Of a stretch of DNA of 59,464 bases, positions 9,053 through 18,607 are shown piece after piece. Within the stretch, counting starts at the first letter, position 1. The number at the start of each line of letters is the position of its first letter. The position numbers and the translations under genes were made by a program. The DNA is from an uncultured Myxococcales bacterium. Its GTDB lineage: Bacteria; Myxococcota_A; Polyangia; Fen-1088. The stretch is taken from the NCBI GenBank assembly GCA_964491625.1, contig CAZBIU010000001.1:1-59464 (forward strand), read 5' to 3'. The notes under the pieces are model-generated. The model had not been told where the DNA came from, searched no databases, and saw only the letters and a list, made by a program, of their open reading frames with translations.

Positions 9053-10264
9053 ATGCGCATCGTCGTTTTCAATTGCGGCAGCTCCTCGCTGAAGTATCGG
9101 CTCATCGACATGCCCGGCGAAACCGAGTTGGCGGCCGGAGAAGCGGAGCGCGTCGGCCCGAAGACCGCCCTGCCCGGCTGCATCCACCACACCGCCTGGG
9201 GCAACAAGGAAGACCACCCCATGGACATGCCCGACCACGGTACCGCCTTCTCGGCCGTGATGAAGCTGTTGGAACGCGATTCACGTCTGGTTCCCGAAGC
9301 CATCGGGCACCGCATGGTTCACGGCGGCGCCATCTTCAAGGATCACGTGATCGTCGACGACGCTGCTTTCCACCACCTGGAGGAAGTGCAAGATCTCGCG
9401 CCCATCCACAACCCTCCCGCGCTGCGACTCTTAGCCGCGTGCCGGCAGCTTTATCCCAAGCTGCCCGAAACCGTGGTGTTCGATACCGCCTTTCACTCGA
9501 CCATCGGGCCAGCGGCGCGCGAGTATGCCCTGCCGCACGGGCTTGCGCGCGCGCATGGCTTCCGCAAGTACGGCTTCCACGGCACCAGCCACCAATACGT
9601 CGCAGAGGAGGCCGCAAAGTTCCTCGGCATTCCCATGTCGGAATTGTGCGCGGTCAGTTGCCACCTGGGTAGCGGCGGCGCCAGTCTGTGCGCCATCGTG
9701 AACGGCCGCTCGGTCGACAACACCATGGGCTACTCGCCGCTGCAAGGCCTGGTCATGAGCACGCGCTCGGGCGACTTGGATCCGGCGATCGCCCTGTCGC
9801 TGGTCGCGCGGGCGCAGGGCGACGGCCACGCGGTGGAAAACCTGCTCAATCGCAAGAGCGGGCTTTTGGGCCTGACCGGGGTGTCAGCCGACATTCGCGA
9901 TCTAGTGAAATCCGACGGCGGCGTTCAAAGCGATACGCTCTCGCGCGCGGCCCAGGTGTACCTGTGGCGAATCCGCAAGTATCTCGGAAGCTATCTCGTG
10001 GTCACCGGGCGTCCCCACTGCATCATTTTCACCGACACCATCGGCGAAAAGATCCCCTCCGTCAGGTGGGCCGTCACCGCCGGGCTGAATGCCTTGGGCG
10101 TGGTTCTCGATGCGAAAAAGAACGCCGAGGCGAAGGCCCTGCCGGTGGATCTCTCGGCGCCCGAAAGCCGGGTGCGTGTTCTGGCCATCGCCACCAACGA
10201 AGAAATCGCCATCGCCCGCGCGAGCTACGCCCTGCTTTGCAAACAAGAAAGGCTCGTATCATGA
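9053..10264 (+). CDS. ackA: Acetate (propionate) kinase
   Basis: 403 aa with the full motif set: VVFNCGSSSLKY, HRMVHGG, VFDTAFHST, RKYGFHGTSHQYV, CHLGSGGASLCAI, DNTMGYSPLQGLVMSTRSGDLDP, IATNEEIAIAR. Confidence 0.9.
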   Translation: MRIVVFNCGSSSLKYRLIDMPGETELAAGEAERVGPKTALPGCIHHTAWGNKEDHPMDMPDHGTAFSAVMKLLERDSRLVPEAIGHRMVHGGAIFKDHVIVDDAAFHHLEEVQDLAPIHNPPALRLLAACRQLYPKLPETVVFDTAFHSTIGPAAREYALPHGLARAHGFRKYGFHGTSHQYVAEEAAKFLGIPMSELCAVSCHLGSGGASLCAIVNGRSVDNTMGYSPLQGLVMSTRSGDLDPAIALSLVARAQGDGHAVENLLNRKSGLLGLTGVSADIRDLVKSDGGVQSDTLSRAAQVYLWRIRKYLGSYLVVTGRPHCIIFTDTIGEKIPSVRWAVTAGLNALGVVLDAKKNAEAKALPVDLSAPESRVRVLAIATNEEIAIARASYALLCKQERLVS

Positions 10265-11313
10265 ATGCTCTGGTCCTGATGCCCGGAAAGACCGGCCTGC
10301 GCTACGCCCGCGTGACGCTTGACGATGGCACGATCGCGGCTGGCAATCCGCGCGGCATGACGACCTCGGTCGATGACGTGCAGGTCGTGCTGGCTGCCAA
10401 TCACAAAGACCAAGCCATCGACGTGGTCAGCATTCGCGCCATGTTCGGCGGACCTGGTTTCGCCGCGCCAGTGTTGCTGGACGCGGACAGCGAACGGCGC
10501 CTCTTGAGCCTGGCCGTGCAGGCGCCGCTGTCGGTGGCGCGCACCAGCGCGCTGGTGGAGCAAGCTCGCGCGGCATTTCCAAAAACGCCGATTGCGCTGG
10601 CGTTCGAGACCTCATTCTTCGTGGATCTTCCGTTGCGCGAGACCACCTACGCGCTGCCGAGCGGCACGGGTGTCGGGGTGAGGCGTTGGGGCTACCACGG
10701 GCTTTATCACGAGACCGCGGTTGGCGAGCTCGAGGAATCTCTGCCGCCACACGCACGGCCTGCTCGCATTCTCTCCATCTGCCTGGAACCGTGCCCGGAA
10801 ATCGCGGCGGTGCGTGGCCGCACGCCACTGATGGTGACCAGCGGAAGCACGCCGGTCGAGGGACTGCCGGGCGAATTCAGTTGCGGCGACGTCGATCCGG
10901 CGATCGCCCTTGCGCTCGCCACCGACGCCACCCTGGGCCCGGAGCGCGCGAACACTATGCTCACGGAAGAGAGCGGATTCTTCGGGATGCTCGGCTGGCC
11001 CGCCACCCTGGGCGACGTGCTCACCCTGAAGCGCGCGCGGGTCGCCAGGGTGCGCGAGTATCTCCTCTACCGAATGCTGCTCGCGGCAGGCAGCGGTATC
11101 GCGACCCTGGAAGGACTTGACGGCGTCGTGTTCTCCGGCCGATACGTCGAGCAGGCCCAGCCCGTGGCGAGCTACCTTCTGCCCCGGCTCGAACGCGCGC
11201 TCGCCCTTGCGCCGGGCACCCTGCCCTGGCTCGCCTGCCACACGCCACTCGAATCCATCGTCGCCGAGGCCGGCGCCACGGCCTTGCTCGGCAGGCGGTC
11301 ACAGACGCATTGA
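10261..11313 (+). CDS. Degenerate acetate-kinase paralogue (ASKHA fold, catalytic motifs eroded; probable pseudo-enzyme)
   Basis: ATG 10261 overlaps the ackA stop (ATGA). Motifs are collinear with ackA but substituted: LVLMPGKTGLRYA, IRAMFGGPG, AFETSFFVD, RRWGYHGLYHETA, ICLEPCPEIAAV, MVTSGSTPVEGLPGEFSCGDVDP. Confidence 0.65.
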   Translation: MNALVLMPGKTGLRYARVTLDDGTIAAGNPRGMTTSVDDVQVVLAANHKDQAIDVVSIRAMFGGPGFAAPVLLDADSERRLLSLAVQAPLSVARTSALVEQARAAFPKTPIALAFETSFFVDLPLRETTYALPSGTGVGVRRWGYHGLYHETAVGELEESLPPHARPARILSICLEPCPEIAAVRGRTPLMVTSGSTPVEGLPGEFSCGDVDPAIALALATDATLGPERANTMLTEESGFFGMLGWPATLGDVLTLKRARVARVREYLLYRMLLAAGSGIATLEGLDGVVFSGRYVEQAQPVASYLLPRLERALALAPGTLPWLACHTPLESIVAEAGATALLGRRSQTH

Positions 11314-11319
11314 CCCGGA

Positions 11320-12654
11320 TCAGTGGAGGTACGGCTTGATCACCCCATACCAGTTGTCGCCCATCCACGGGTAGCCGGTGGCGATATTGGGGTGCACGCC
11401 GTCGCTGCTGAGCCCGTCGCTCGGCATGTTGGACATGTCCACGAAAAGCACGTGTGCGCCCTGGGCCGCGCGTTGTTGGACGGCGCCGGGGATGGCGGCG
11501 TCGTACGTGGCGACGTTGGCAGCACACTGGGTCGGGGTGTAGTTGGTAGACTTGCAACCCGGGAACGGATAGATCGACGAGACGACGAGAAGGGCATCGG
11601 GAACCGCGGCGACGATCTTGTCGATGAGCGTCCCCAGCCTGTCCGATGCGCCGGCCTCGCTGCTCGCGTAGCCCTCGTCGTTGGTACCGATGAACAAGAG
11701 CACGATGTTCGGCATATCCCTGAGCGCGCCGGCGTACGATGTCCCGGAAACCGTCACGGTCTGCGCCGTGGTGGCGATGTTGTTGACCTGAGTAATCGTC
11801 CACCCGATGTGCCCTTCGTTGTTTTGAGGAAATGTCTGGCCGTCGAGGGTGGTGGGCCCGCTCTTCAGGCTTCCGACGAAGGTGACGTGCTTGCTGTCGT
11901 TCACCGCGCGGGTGAAAAGCTGATCGCGGTATCCTCCCCCATCGCCTGGGTCGGCGCCTGCGCCGTAGGTGATCGAATCTCCGAGCGGCAGGATCTTGCA
12001 ATTGCCGGTTGCCGGACAGGGATTGAATCCGGAGGAACCTGCCTCCGTCGCGCCACCGGTGCCGCCTTGGGCATACGCATCCGACGCGTCGGCCCCCACC
12101 GTCCCCACATCGCGGCTGCTGCCGCTGCTGCCGCCATCAGAGCCGCCCAGCCCCCCCGCAGCGCCACCGGTGCCGCTCTGAGCATGCGCGTCCGAAGCGT
12201 CGGCCCCGGCCGCCGCGGCATCGGGGCTGGTGCCGCCGCTGCCCCCGCCGGGGCTGCTCAGCCCACCGCTGCCGCGGCCTGTGGAGCCGCCCGCGCTCCC
12301 GCCCGAGGCGTTGGAGGCTCCGCCGCCGCCGCCCGAGGCGCTGGAGCTACCCCCGCTGCGGCTTGCAAAACCTCCGCTGTTGCTGCCTCCAAAGCTGCCG
12401 GAGCTGCCCCCGCTGCCGCGGCCAGCAAAACCTCCGCTGTTGCCTCCGCCGCTGCCAGTCGAGCCAGAGTCTCCGCCGCTGGGGCCTCCGGAGCCTCCCC
12501 CGCTGCCGGTGCCGCCCTGTCCCGCCCTACCTCCCCCCTGGCCGCTAGTCGTGTTCGAGTTGGAAGAGCATGCGAGCCCCAGACAAAGCGCAAGAACGAT
12601 ACCTGCGCGCCTGAACTGCGCAGCGGCTTGGTCAAGAGCTGTCGTGTGCTTCAT
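11320..12654 (-). CDS. SGNH/GDSL-family hydrolase lipoprotein (carbohydrate esterase-like) with long Gly/Ser linker
   Basis: ATG 12654 gives MKHTTALDQAAAQFRRAGIVLALCLGLACSS; an alternative ATG at 12693 is possible. About 200 aa of Gly/Ser linker, then the SGNH blocks CKILPLGDSITYG, NEGHIGW, LLFIGTNDE and DGVHPN. Paralogue of 51513..52790. Confidence 0.8.
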   Translation of the reverse strand: MKHTTALDQAAAQFRRAGIVLALCLGLACSSNSNTTSGQGGGRAGQGGTGSGGGSGGPSGGDSGSTGSGGGNSGGFAGRGSGGSSGSFGGSNSGGFASRSGGSSSASGGGGGASNASGGSAGGSTGRGSGGLSSPGGGSGGTSPDAAAAGADASDAHAQSGTGGAAGGLGGSDGGSSGSSRDVGTVGADASDAYAQGGTGGATEAGSSGFNPCPATGNCKILPLGDSITYGAGADPGDGGGYRDQLFTRAVNDSKHVTFVGSLKSGPTTLDGQTFPQNNEGHIGWTITQVNNIATTAQTVTVSGTSYAGALRDMPNIVLLFIGTNDEGYASSEAGASDRLGTLIDKIVAAVPDALLVVSSIYPFPGCKSTNYTPTQCAANVATYDAAIPGAVQQRAAQGAHVLFVDMSNMPSDGLSSDGVHPNIATGYPWMGDNWYGVIKPYLH

Positions 12655-12740
12655 TCCTGTACCTCGTTTTCTCGGGTCGGTCGACTGGATCATACTCCGT
12701 CGCGTCCTCCGCGGCCGTTCCAAGGGCCGATCAATTACAA

Positions 12741-13571
12741 TTATAGTGTCTGTGCTCGCTGCAATCCGAGCTTGCCTAACGCTCGCAGATAGCGGAATCC
12801 CTTTTCGGTTACCTGAAAATGTCGATGCAGATCGCTGTTCAACCCACCTTCCCGTTTCACGGTGCGCAGTCCTTTGCCCGGGAGACGTTCGATCATCTCC
12901 TTCTTCGCGAGCTCATCGAGCTCCTGCTTGAAGGTATCCGAGGCTTCGTACACGAAGGGTTCTGGCGCGGCCAATTTGCGCAAATGGACCATGTGCCAAT
13001 ACCCAAGTTGGCCCTGCTTGAGCAATCTGAGATCATCACTTTGAAGGTCCGCGGCCTGTAACTGTTCGTCGATATCGGCTGAGCTGATCGAGTCTGATTG
13101 CAGCGAATGAGAAGCGAGGTCGCCGAGCATGTCCACGATGCTTTCGACCACCCTGACCAAAGCCGACTCGCGATCGACCTCACTCATGCCCGCAATGGGT
13201 GCGGACAGTGAATTCGCAGCCTGGTAACGCGCGAGCGTGGGAAGCAGACCGATCACCGAAGGTTTGACGATGACTGGCACAACCCGTTTGCCAGCTGGCC
13301 GCTGGCCCGTGCCTTCCAAGATGTTGCGAAGCTCCGTCTTCATGATGAAATCGGATGCGAGGAAGTCCGCTGTGATCAGTGCGACGATAACGTCGGCATT
13401 CTCAAGCGCCAATGCAATTGACTCGTGCCAATCCTCGCCGGTTGCGATCTGCTGATCCGACCAGACATCCAACATACCGTTGCTAACCAGTGGCTTCAGG
13501 TGAAGCGCGAGCCTGTCCATCCAGGTTCTGTCGACATGGGAATAGCTGATAAAAACCTTTCCGTTGGGCAT
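12741..13571 (-). CDS. TIR-domain protein with uncharacterised C-terminal (possibly winged-helix-like) domain
   Basis: N-terminus KVFISYSHVDRTWMDRLALHLKPLVSNGMLDVWSDQQIATGEDWHESIALALENADVIVALITADFLASDFIMKTEL matches the bacterial TIR_2 pattern. The gene is clearly lower in G+C: two hand-counted 60-nt samples were 50%, against 73% in a neighbouring gene. Confidence 0.8.
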   Translation of the reverse strand: MPNGKVFISYSHVDRTWMDRLALHLKPLVSNGMLDVWSDQQIATGEDWHESIALALENADVIVALITADFLASDFIMKTELRNILEGTGQRPAGKRVVPVIVKPSVIGLLPTLARYQAANSLSAPIAGMSEVDRESALVRVVESIVDMLGDLASHSLQSDSISSADIDEQLQAADLQSDDLRLLKQGQLGYWHMVHLRKLAAPEPFVYEASDTFKQELDELAKKEMIERLPGKGLRTVKREGGLNSDLHRHFQVTEKGFRYLRALGKLGLQRAQTL

Positions 13572-13700
13572 GGTCGCTCCCGTTCTCCCGTCGCACTAAC
13601 GACATTTTGCCGTGGGCGTGGGATCGATGTCAAAGGGGAACGAGCTAGCAGGTCCCGCTTGTGTTCTCCAGGCCGACCATCCATATACTATACTCGCCGC

Positions 13701-14594
13701 ATGCTGATTGCCGGTCTGTCCGCCCTGCTTGCGCTACTGTCAGTGCAAGTCGAGTCCGCGGATTGTCCGGCGGGGCCGGAGGTCGAGCTGACGCTGGCAA
13801 GGCTGCTGCCACCGCCATCGGGAATTGTCCGACCCAACCGTGCACACGTCTGGAAGCAAGATGGCCTCCTGCAGATCGAGCTGGTGAATCCCGACGGCGC
13901 GGTGGTTGGCCGGCGTTCGCTTGAAGCCCGGGGAAGCTGTGCGGAGATGGCTGACATGGTCGCCGTGGTGATCGCAAGCTGGGAAAGCGATGTGCATCCC
14001 GCGTTCGTCGCTCCGCCGACCGAGCTGCCGGCCTCAGCGGCGCCCAGCCCGCAGCGCCGGCCGTCTCCGCCATCGTCAGGTTCCAGCTTCGACCTTGGCC
14101 TCGGCGCAGGCATCTCCTTCGCCGACTCCGCTGCTGCTCTCGGCTCGGCCAGCATCACCTGGGTCCCGAGCGGCGGTGGACCAGGAGTCCGGGTCTCTGC
14201 TTTCGGCGAGACACAACGAACCATCACCCTCGGCGCGGGTCAGGCAGATTGGCGCCGATGGATGGGCAGCGCCGATGCCGACTGGCGCCTCTACCACGGC
14301 CGCGTCGCCTTCGACGGGCACGCCGGTTTGGTATTGGGCTGGCTTTCGATCGAAGGAACGAGCTTCGCCGAAAACAGATCGCCGTCGTCATTTTCACCTG
14401 GCGTTGGCCTGGGTGGACGGGTTGCGTGGTGGCCGGGCCGTCATTTCGCGGCTTGGTTTGACGTTCAGGGCCTGCTTTGGCTACGCAGACAGATCGCCTA
14501 CAGCGAACCCGGCCCTACCGAGCGCGACGTCCCAAGATTCGAGCTATTGGCGCAATTCGGCGTGTCGACCGGACGAATGGCGAAAGATCGGTAA
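13701..14594 (+). CDS. Secreted protein B2: N-terminal two-Cys domain, Pro-rich linker, beta-barrel-like C-terminal half (cassette 2)
   Basis: Internal ATG 13701 gives the signal peptide MLIAGLSALLALLSVQVESA. Contains DCPAGPEVELTLARLL ... RSLEARGSCAEMADMVAVVIASW, then a Pro/Ser-rich linker and a Gly/Trp-rich region. Paralogue of 1876..2886 and 19999..20862. Confidence 0.6.
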   Translation: MLIAGLSALLALLSVQVESADCPAGPEVELTLARLLPPPSGIVRPNRAHVWKQDGLLQIELVNPDGAVVGRRSLEARGSCAEMADMVAVVIASWESDVHPAFVAPPTELPASAAPSPQRRPSPPSSGSSFDLGLGAGISFADSAAALGSASITWVPSGGGPGVRVSAFGETQRTITLGAGQADWRRWMGSADADWRLYHGRVAFDGHAGLVLGWLSIEGTSFAENRSPSSFSPGVGLGGRVAWWPGRHFAAWFDVQGLLWLRRQIAYSEPGPTERDVPRFELLAQFGVSTGRMAKDR

Positions 14595-14628
14595 GGTTAG
14601 GGCGAGACCGGCGCACAGAGAGCACATC

Positions 14629-15225
14629 ATGGTTTGTCTCGGCCTGGCCAACTCTGCCCCGCAGCCGACCACCGATGCGACGGATCCCGTCGAGACGCTC
14701 TATCGCGCCCACGGAAAGACCGTTGCAAGGTGGGCGATGCGCCTGCTCGGCCCGGGCGCGGACTACGAGGACGTGGTTTCCGAGGTGTTCATGGTGGTCA
14801 AGCGACGGCTGCCCGAGTTTCGCGGCGACTCCGCGATCACGACCTGGATTTACGAGATCACGATTCGAGTGGCGCAAGGCGCGCGCAAACGGGCGCGCTG
14901 GTGGTCGTGGATCACAGGGCGCGGGCCAAATCCGGGCCGCGGACAGGCGCGTGCGTGTTTCATTCCGCACGTGGATTCGCCGCACGATCCGCAGGCGCTG
15001 CTGGAAGCGAACGAGCGGACGCAGCAGCTTTATCGGTTGCTCGACGGGCTTGGCGAAGAACAGCGCACCACCTTGATCCTGTACGAGCTCGAGGGACTCT
15101 CCGGTAACCAGATCGCCGACATCACTGGTGTCAACGTTGGAACGGTCTGGGCGCGCCTAAGCCGCGCCAGAAAGAACTTCTTGCAGCGCCTGCGAGCGTG
15201 GGAAGCGAGGGAGAATCATGACTGA
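14629..15225 (+). CDS. ECF-type RNA polymerase sigma factor (cassette 2)
   Basis: ATG 14629 gives 198 aa, the same length as sigma 1. Motifs EDVVSEVFMVVKRRLPEFRGDSAITTWIYEITIRVA and RTTLILYELEGLSGNQIADITGVNVGTVWARLSRARKNF. Confidence 0.9.
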   Translation: MVCLGLANSAPQPTTDATDPVETLYRAHGKTVARWAMRLLGPGADYEDVVSEVFMVVKRRLPEFRGDSAITTWIYEITIRVAQGARKRARWWSWITGRGPNPGRGQARACFIPHVDSPHDPQALLEANERTQQLYRLLDGLGEEQRTTLILYELEGLSGNQIADITGVNVGTVWARLSRARKNFLQRLRAWEARENHD

Positions 15226-16354
15226 CGAAACCCGGGCAAGGGTGACGCGCTGGCGGGATCGACCGCAGGGCGGCGACACGATCGAAGACCGCGCCGCGAC
15301 TCTCGTGCGCAAAGCCCTGGCTCCTGGGGAGCCGGACCAAGCCACGCTGGAACGCATCGAAAGAAGAATTCGCGGTGTCCGCCAACAGCCTTTCCATACC
15401 CGCTTCGTCTTTCGCCTGGTCTTCATCTCGCTGTTCTTGTTCGCCGGGGTTGCCTCGGTCAAAGCCTACGAGATGATTCGCAAGGCAGCTTGGCTACACC
15501 GCGATTCCACCCCGGCACTTGCACCGACGCCAGCGCCAAAGTTGTCGCACCGACGGGCCTTGCGACCAGGCCAGCCGGGCACATCCGATGAGACCGCGCT
15601 AACTGTTCCGCCCGCCGCCATCCCCGCGTCGGCGTTCCGATCTGATTCAATTTCGCCTGCAGCCGCCCCGCCCGCCGATCGCGAGCCCCACGGAAAGGCC
15701 AAGCCGATACGGCGCGAGGTCAGCGAAATGCCCGGGCAGCCGGTCGCCGAGGCTGCGCCGGCAACCCTTGCCTCACCTGAACCACTTGGTCCGCCGTCAG
15801 GGGCGTTCGCCCCCACGCGCGGTCTGGCTCCGACACCAACTTCGCCATCCTCGCCGGACGAAATCGCCGCGATCGATCGGGCCATGACCCTCTTGCGACG
15901 CGATCACAATGCAGAAGTCGCGCTCTCGGCGCTCGATGCCTACCTTGCGCGCTATCCGAACGGCGTCCTGAACCGCGAAGCCCGGTTCGGAAGGGTCGAC
16001 GCCTTGCTGATGCTCCGCCGCTCCGACGACGCCTTGCGGGCGCTGGAGTCGGTGCCTCTCGATAGCCACCGTCGCTCGACCGAGCTGCAAGTGATTCGCG
16101 GGGAGCTGCGATCCCAAGGCAATTGCGCGGGCGCTATCGCAGATTTCGGGCAAGCCCTGGGTCACAGTCCCGACGCTGCATTGCTGGAGCGCATTCTCTA
16201 CGGCCGCGCTGCCTGCCTTGCCAAGACCGGTGACAGCGTCGGAGCGGCCTCTGACCTGCAACGCTACCTTGAGCGCTTTCCACAAGCGCCCCACGCCGCC
16301 TGGGCGCGTCGCTGGCTCGCAGATCACGAAAGGCCGACAGAAAACAAGCGTTAG
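15218..16354 (+). CDS. Putative anti-sigma factor: single-pass membrane protein with Pro/Ala-rich spacer and C-terminal TPR-like domain (cassette 2)
   Basis: 8-nt overlap with the sigma gene (ATG 15218, sigma stop 15223-15225). TM segment [20 protein letters not shown]-terminal [32 protein letters not shown] and helical repeats. Confidence 0.55.
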   Translation: MTDETRARVTRWRDRPQGGDTIEDRAATLVRKALAPGEPDQATLERIERRIRGVRQQPFHTRFVFRLVFISLFLFAGVASVKAYEMIRKAAWLHRDSTPALAPTPAPKLSHRRALRPGQPGTSDETALTVPPAAIPASAFRSDSISPAAAPPADREPHGKAKPIRREVSEMPGQPVAEAAPATLASPEPLGPPSGAFAPTRGLAPTPTSPSSPDEIAAIDRAMTLLRRDHNAEVALSALDAYLARYPNGVLNREARFGRVDALLMLRRSDDALRALESVPLDSHRRSTELQVIRGELRSQGNCAGAIADFGQALGHSPDAALLERILYGRAACLAKTGDSVGAASDLQRYLERFPQAPHAAWARRWLADHERPTENKR

Positions 16355-16400
16355 GTTTTGCAACCGCCGAACCACCCACAGCAGAAACAAGGAGATCACC

Positions 16401-17449
<1,049 letters not shown>

Positions 17450-17453
<4 letters not shown>

Positions 17454-17698
17454 GGTCCCTTGCCGAAGGCTTCGAAGGTGAGGATGGTGGACGTCTCGCG
17501 GATGTGGGGGATCGCGTGGATCTCCTTTTCGATGATGCGGCCGATCCGGTCGACGTCCTCCACGTAGAGCTTCACCAGAAGGTCGTAGGGACCGCTGGTG
17601 CTGTAGGCCTCCGAGAAGCTTTCGATCTCGGCGACCTGATTGGCTACCTCGGTCACGTGACCGAGCTCGGTCTTGAGCATCACGAAGACTGCGCGCAT
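17450..17698 (-). CDS. Stand-alone Lrp/AsnC-type ligand-binding (RAM) domain protein, no HTH
   Basis: ATG 17698 gives an 82-aa protein: [76 protein letters not shown], the typical AsnC C-terminal domain pattern. Its stop overlaps the convergent stop of 16401..17453 (CTAG). Confidence 0.6.
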
Positions 17699-17841
17699 GC
17701 ACGAGAGTGTAGCGCGCGGACGAGCCAAGGGAAATCAATCTGCTCAGCGGAATCATGGACACGACCATCGCTTCCGGCTTTCCTGCCGTGGCCGTGGTGC
17801 CGGGCAGCAAAGCGGTGCTTTGAAATGCTATTCTTCGCGGC

Positions 17842-18597
17842 GTGAAGCTCATCTCGTGGAATGTGAACGGCCTGCGAGCCGTGCTGAAGCGCAACTTTCA
17901 GGGCTACTTCGCCAAGGAAAAACCGGACGTCATCTGTCTGCAAGAAACCAAGTGCGGCCCCGACGACGTCGATGCGGCCTGGCCCAAGGGCTACACGGTG
18001 TACTGGAACCCAGCCGAAAAGAAAGGCTATTCGGGAACCGCCATCCTGACCAAAGTCCCGCCCATTGACGTGCGCCCGCACATGAACGTTCGCGAGCACG
18101 ACCGCGAAGGCCGAATCTTGACCGCCGAATTTGCGCGCTTCTATCTGGTCAACGCCTACGTGCCGAATGCCAAGCGCGACCTCAGCCGACTGCCCTACCG
18201 AGAGCGCTGGGACCGCGACTTCCTCGTCTACCTACGCCGGCTCGAACAGAAGAAGCCGGTCGTCTTCTGCGGCGACCTCAACGTCGCGCACACCGAGATC
18301 GACCTCTTCCATCCCAAGGCCAATGAGCACAACCATGGTTTCACTGTCGAAGAGCGTGCCGGATTCGACAACTTCGTGAAAGCCGGCTTCGTCGATAGCT
18401 TTCGGGCCTTCAACACCTCGGGCGGCCACTACACTTGGTGGCGCCCCTTCGGCGACGCGCGCGCTAAGAACGTGGGTTGGCGCATCGATTATTTCCTGGT
18501 CAGCGGCGCCTTGCGCCCGCGACTGACGAAAGCCTTCATCCGCAAGAACGTGCTCGGATCGGACCATTGCCCGGTGGGAATCGAAATCAAGGTCTAG
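17842..18597 (+). CDS. xthA: Exodeoxyribonuclease III (AP endonuclease)
   Basis: 251 aa. Motifs MKLISWNVNGLRA, DVICLQETK, NAYVPN, GDLNVAH and SDHCPV. Confidence 0.9.
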   Translation: MKLISWNVNGLRAVLKRNFQGYFAKEKPDVICLQETKCGPDDVDAAWPKGYTVYWNPAEKKGYSGTAILTKVPPIDVRPHMNVREHDREGRILTAEFARFYLVNAYVPNAKRDLSRLPYRERWDRDFLVYLRRLEQKKPVVFCGDLNVAHTEIDLFHPKANEHNHGFTVEERAGFDNFVKAGFVDSFRAFNTSGGHYTWWRPFGDARAKNVGWRIDYFLVSGALRPRLTKAFIRKNVLGSDHCPVGIEIKV

Positions 18598-18607
18598 AGC
18601 ACCGGGC

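Noticed and set aside
9688-11313. N-terminally extended versions of several genes as given by the ORF track: 9688..11313, 13425..14594, 13990..15225, 16218..17453, 19999..20994, 46858..48711, 55661..57916 and 57799..58977.
   Set aside because: The extensions overlap upstream genes in other frames and are Arg/Pro-rich. Internal starts give canonical signal peptides, RBS spacing or start/stop coupling with the upstream gene.
13275-13291. A TGGCAC...TTGC sigma-54-like string inside the TIR gene (plus strand).
   Set aside because: The -24/-12 spacing is 2 nt too long, it lies inside and antisense to a CDS, and there is no downstream gene to drive.
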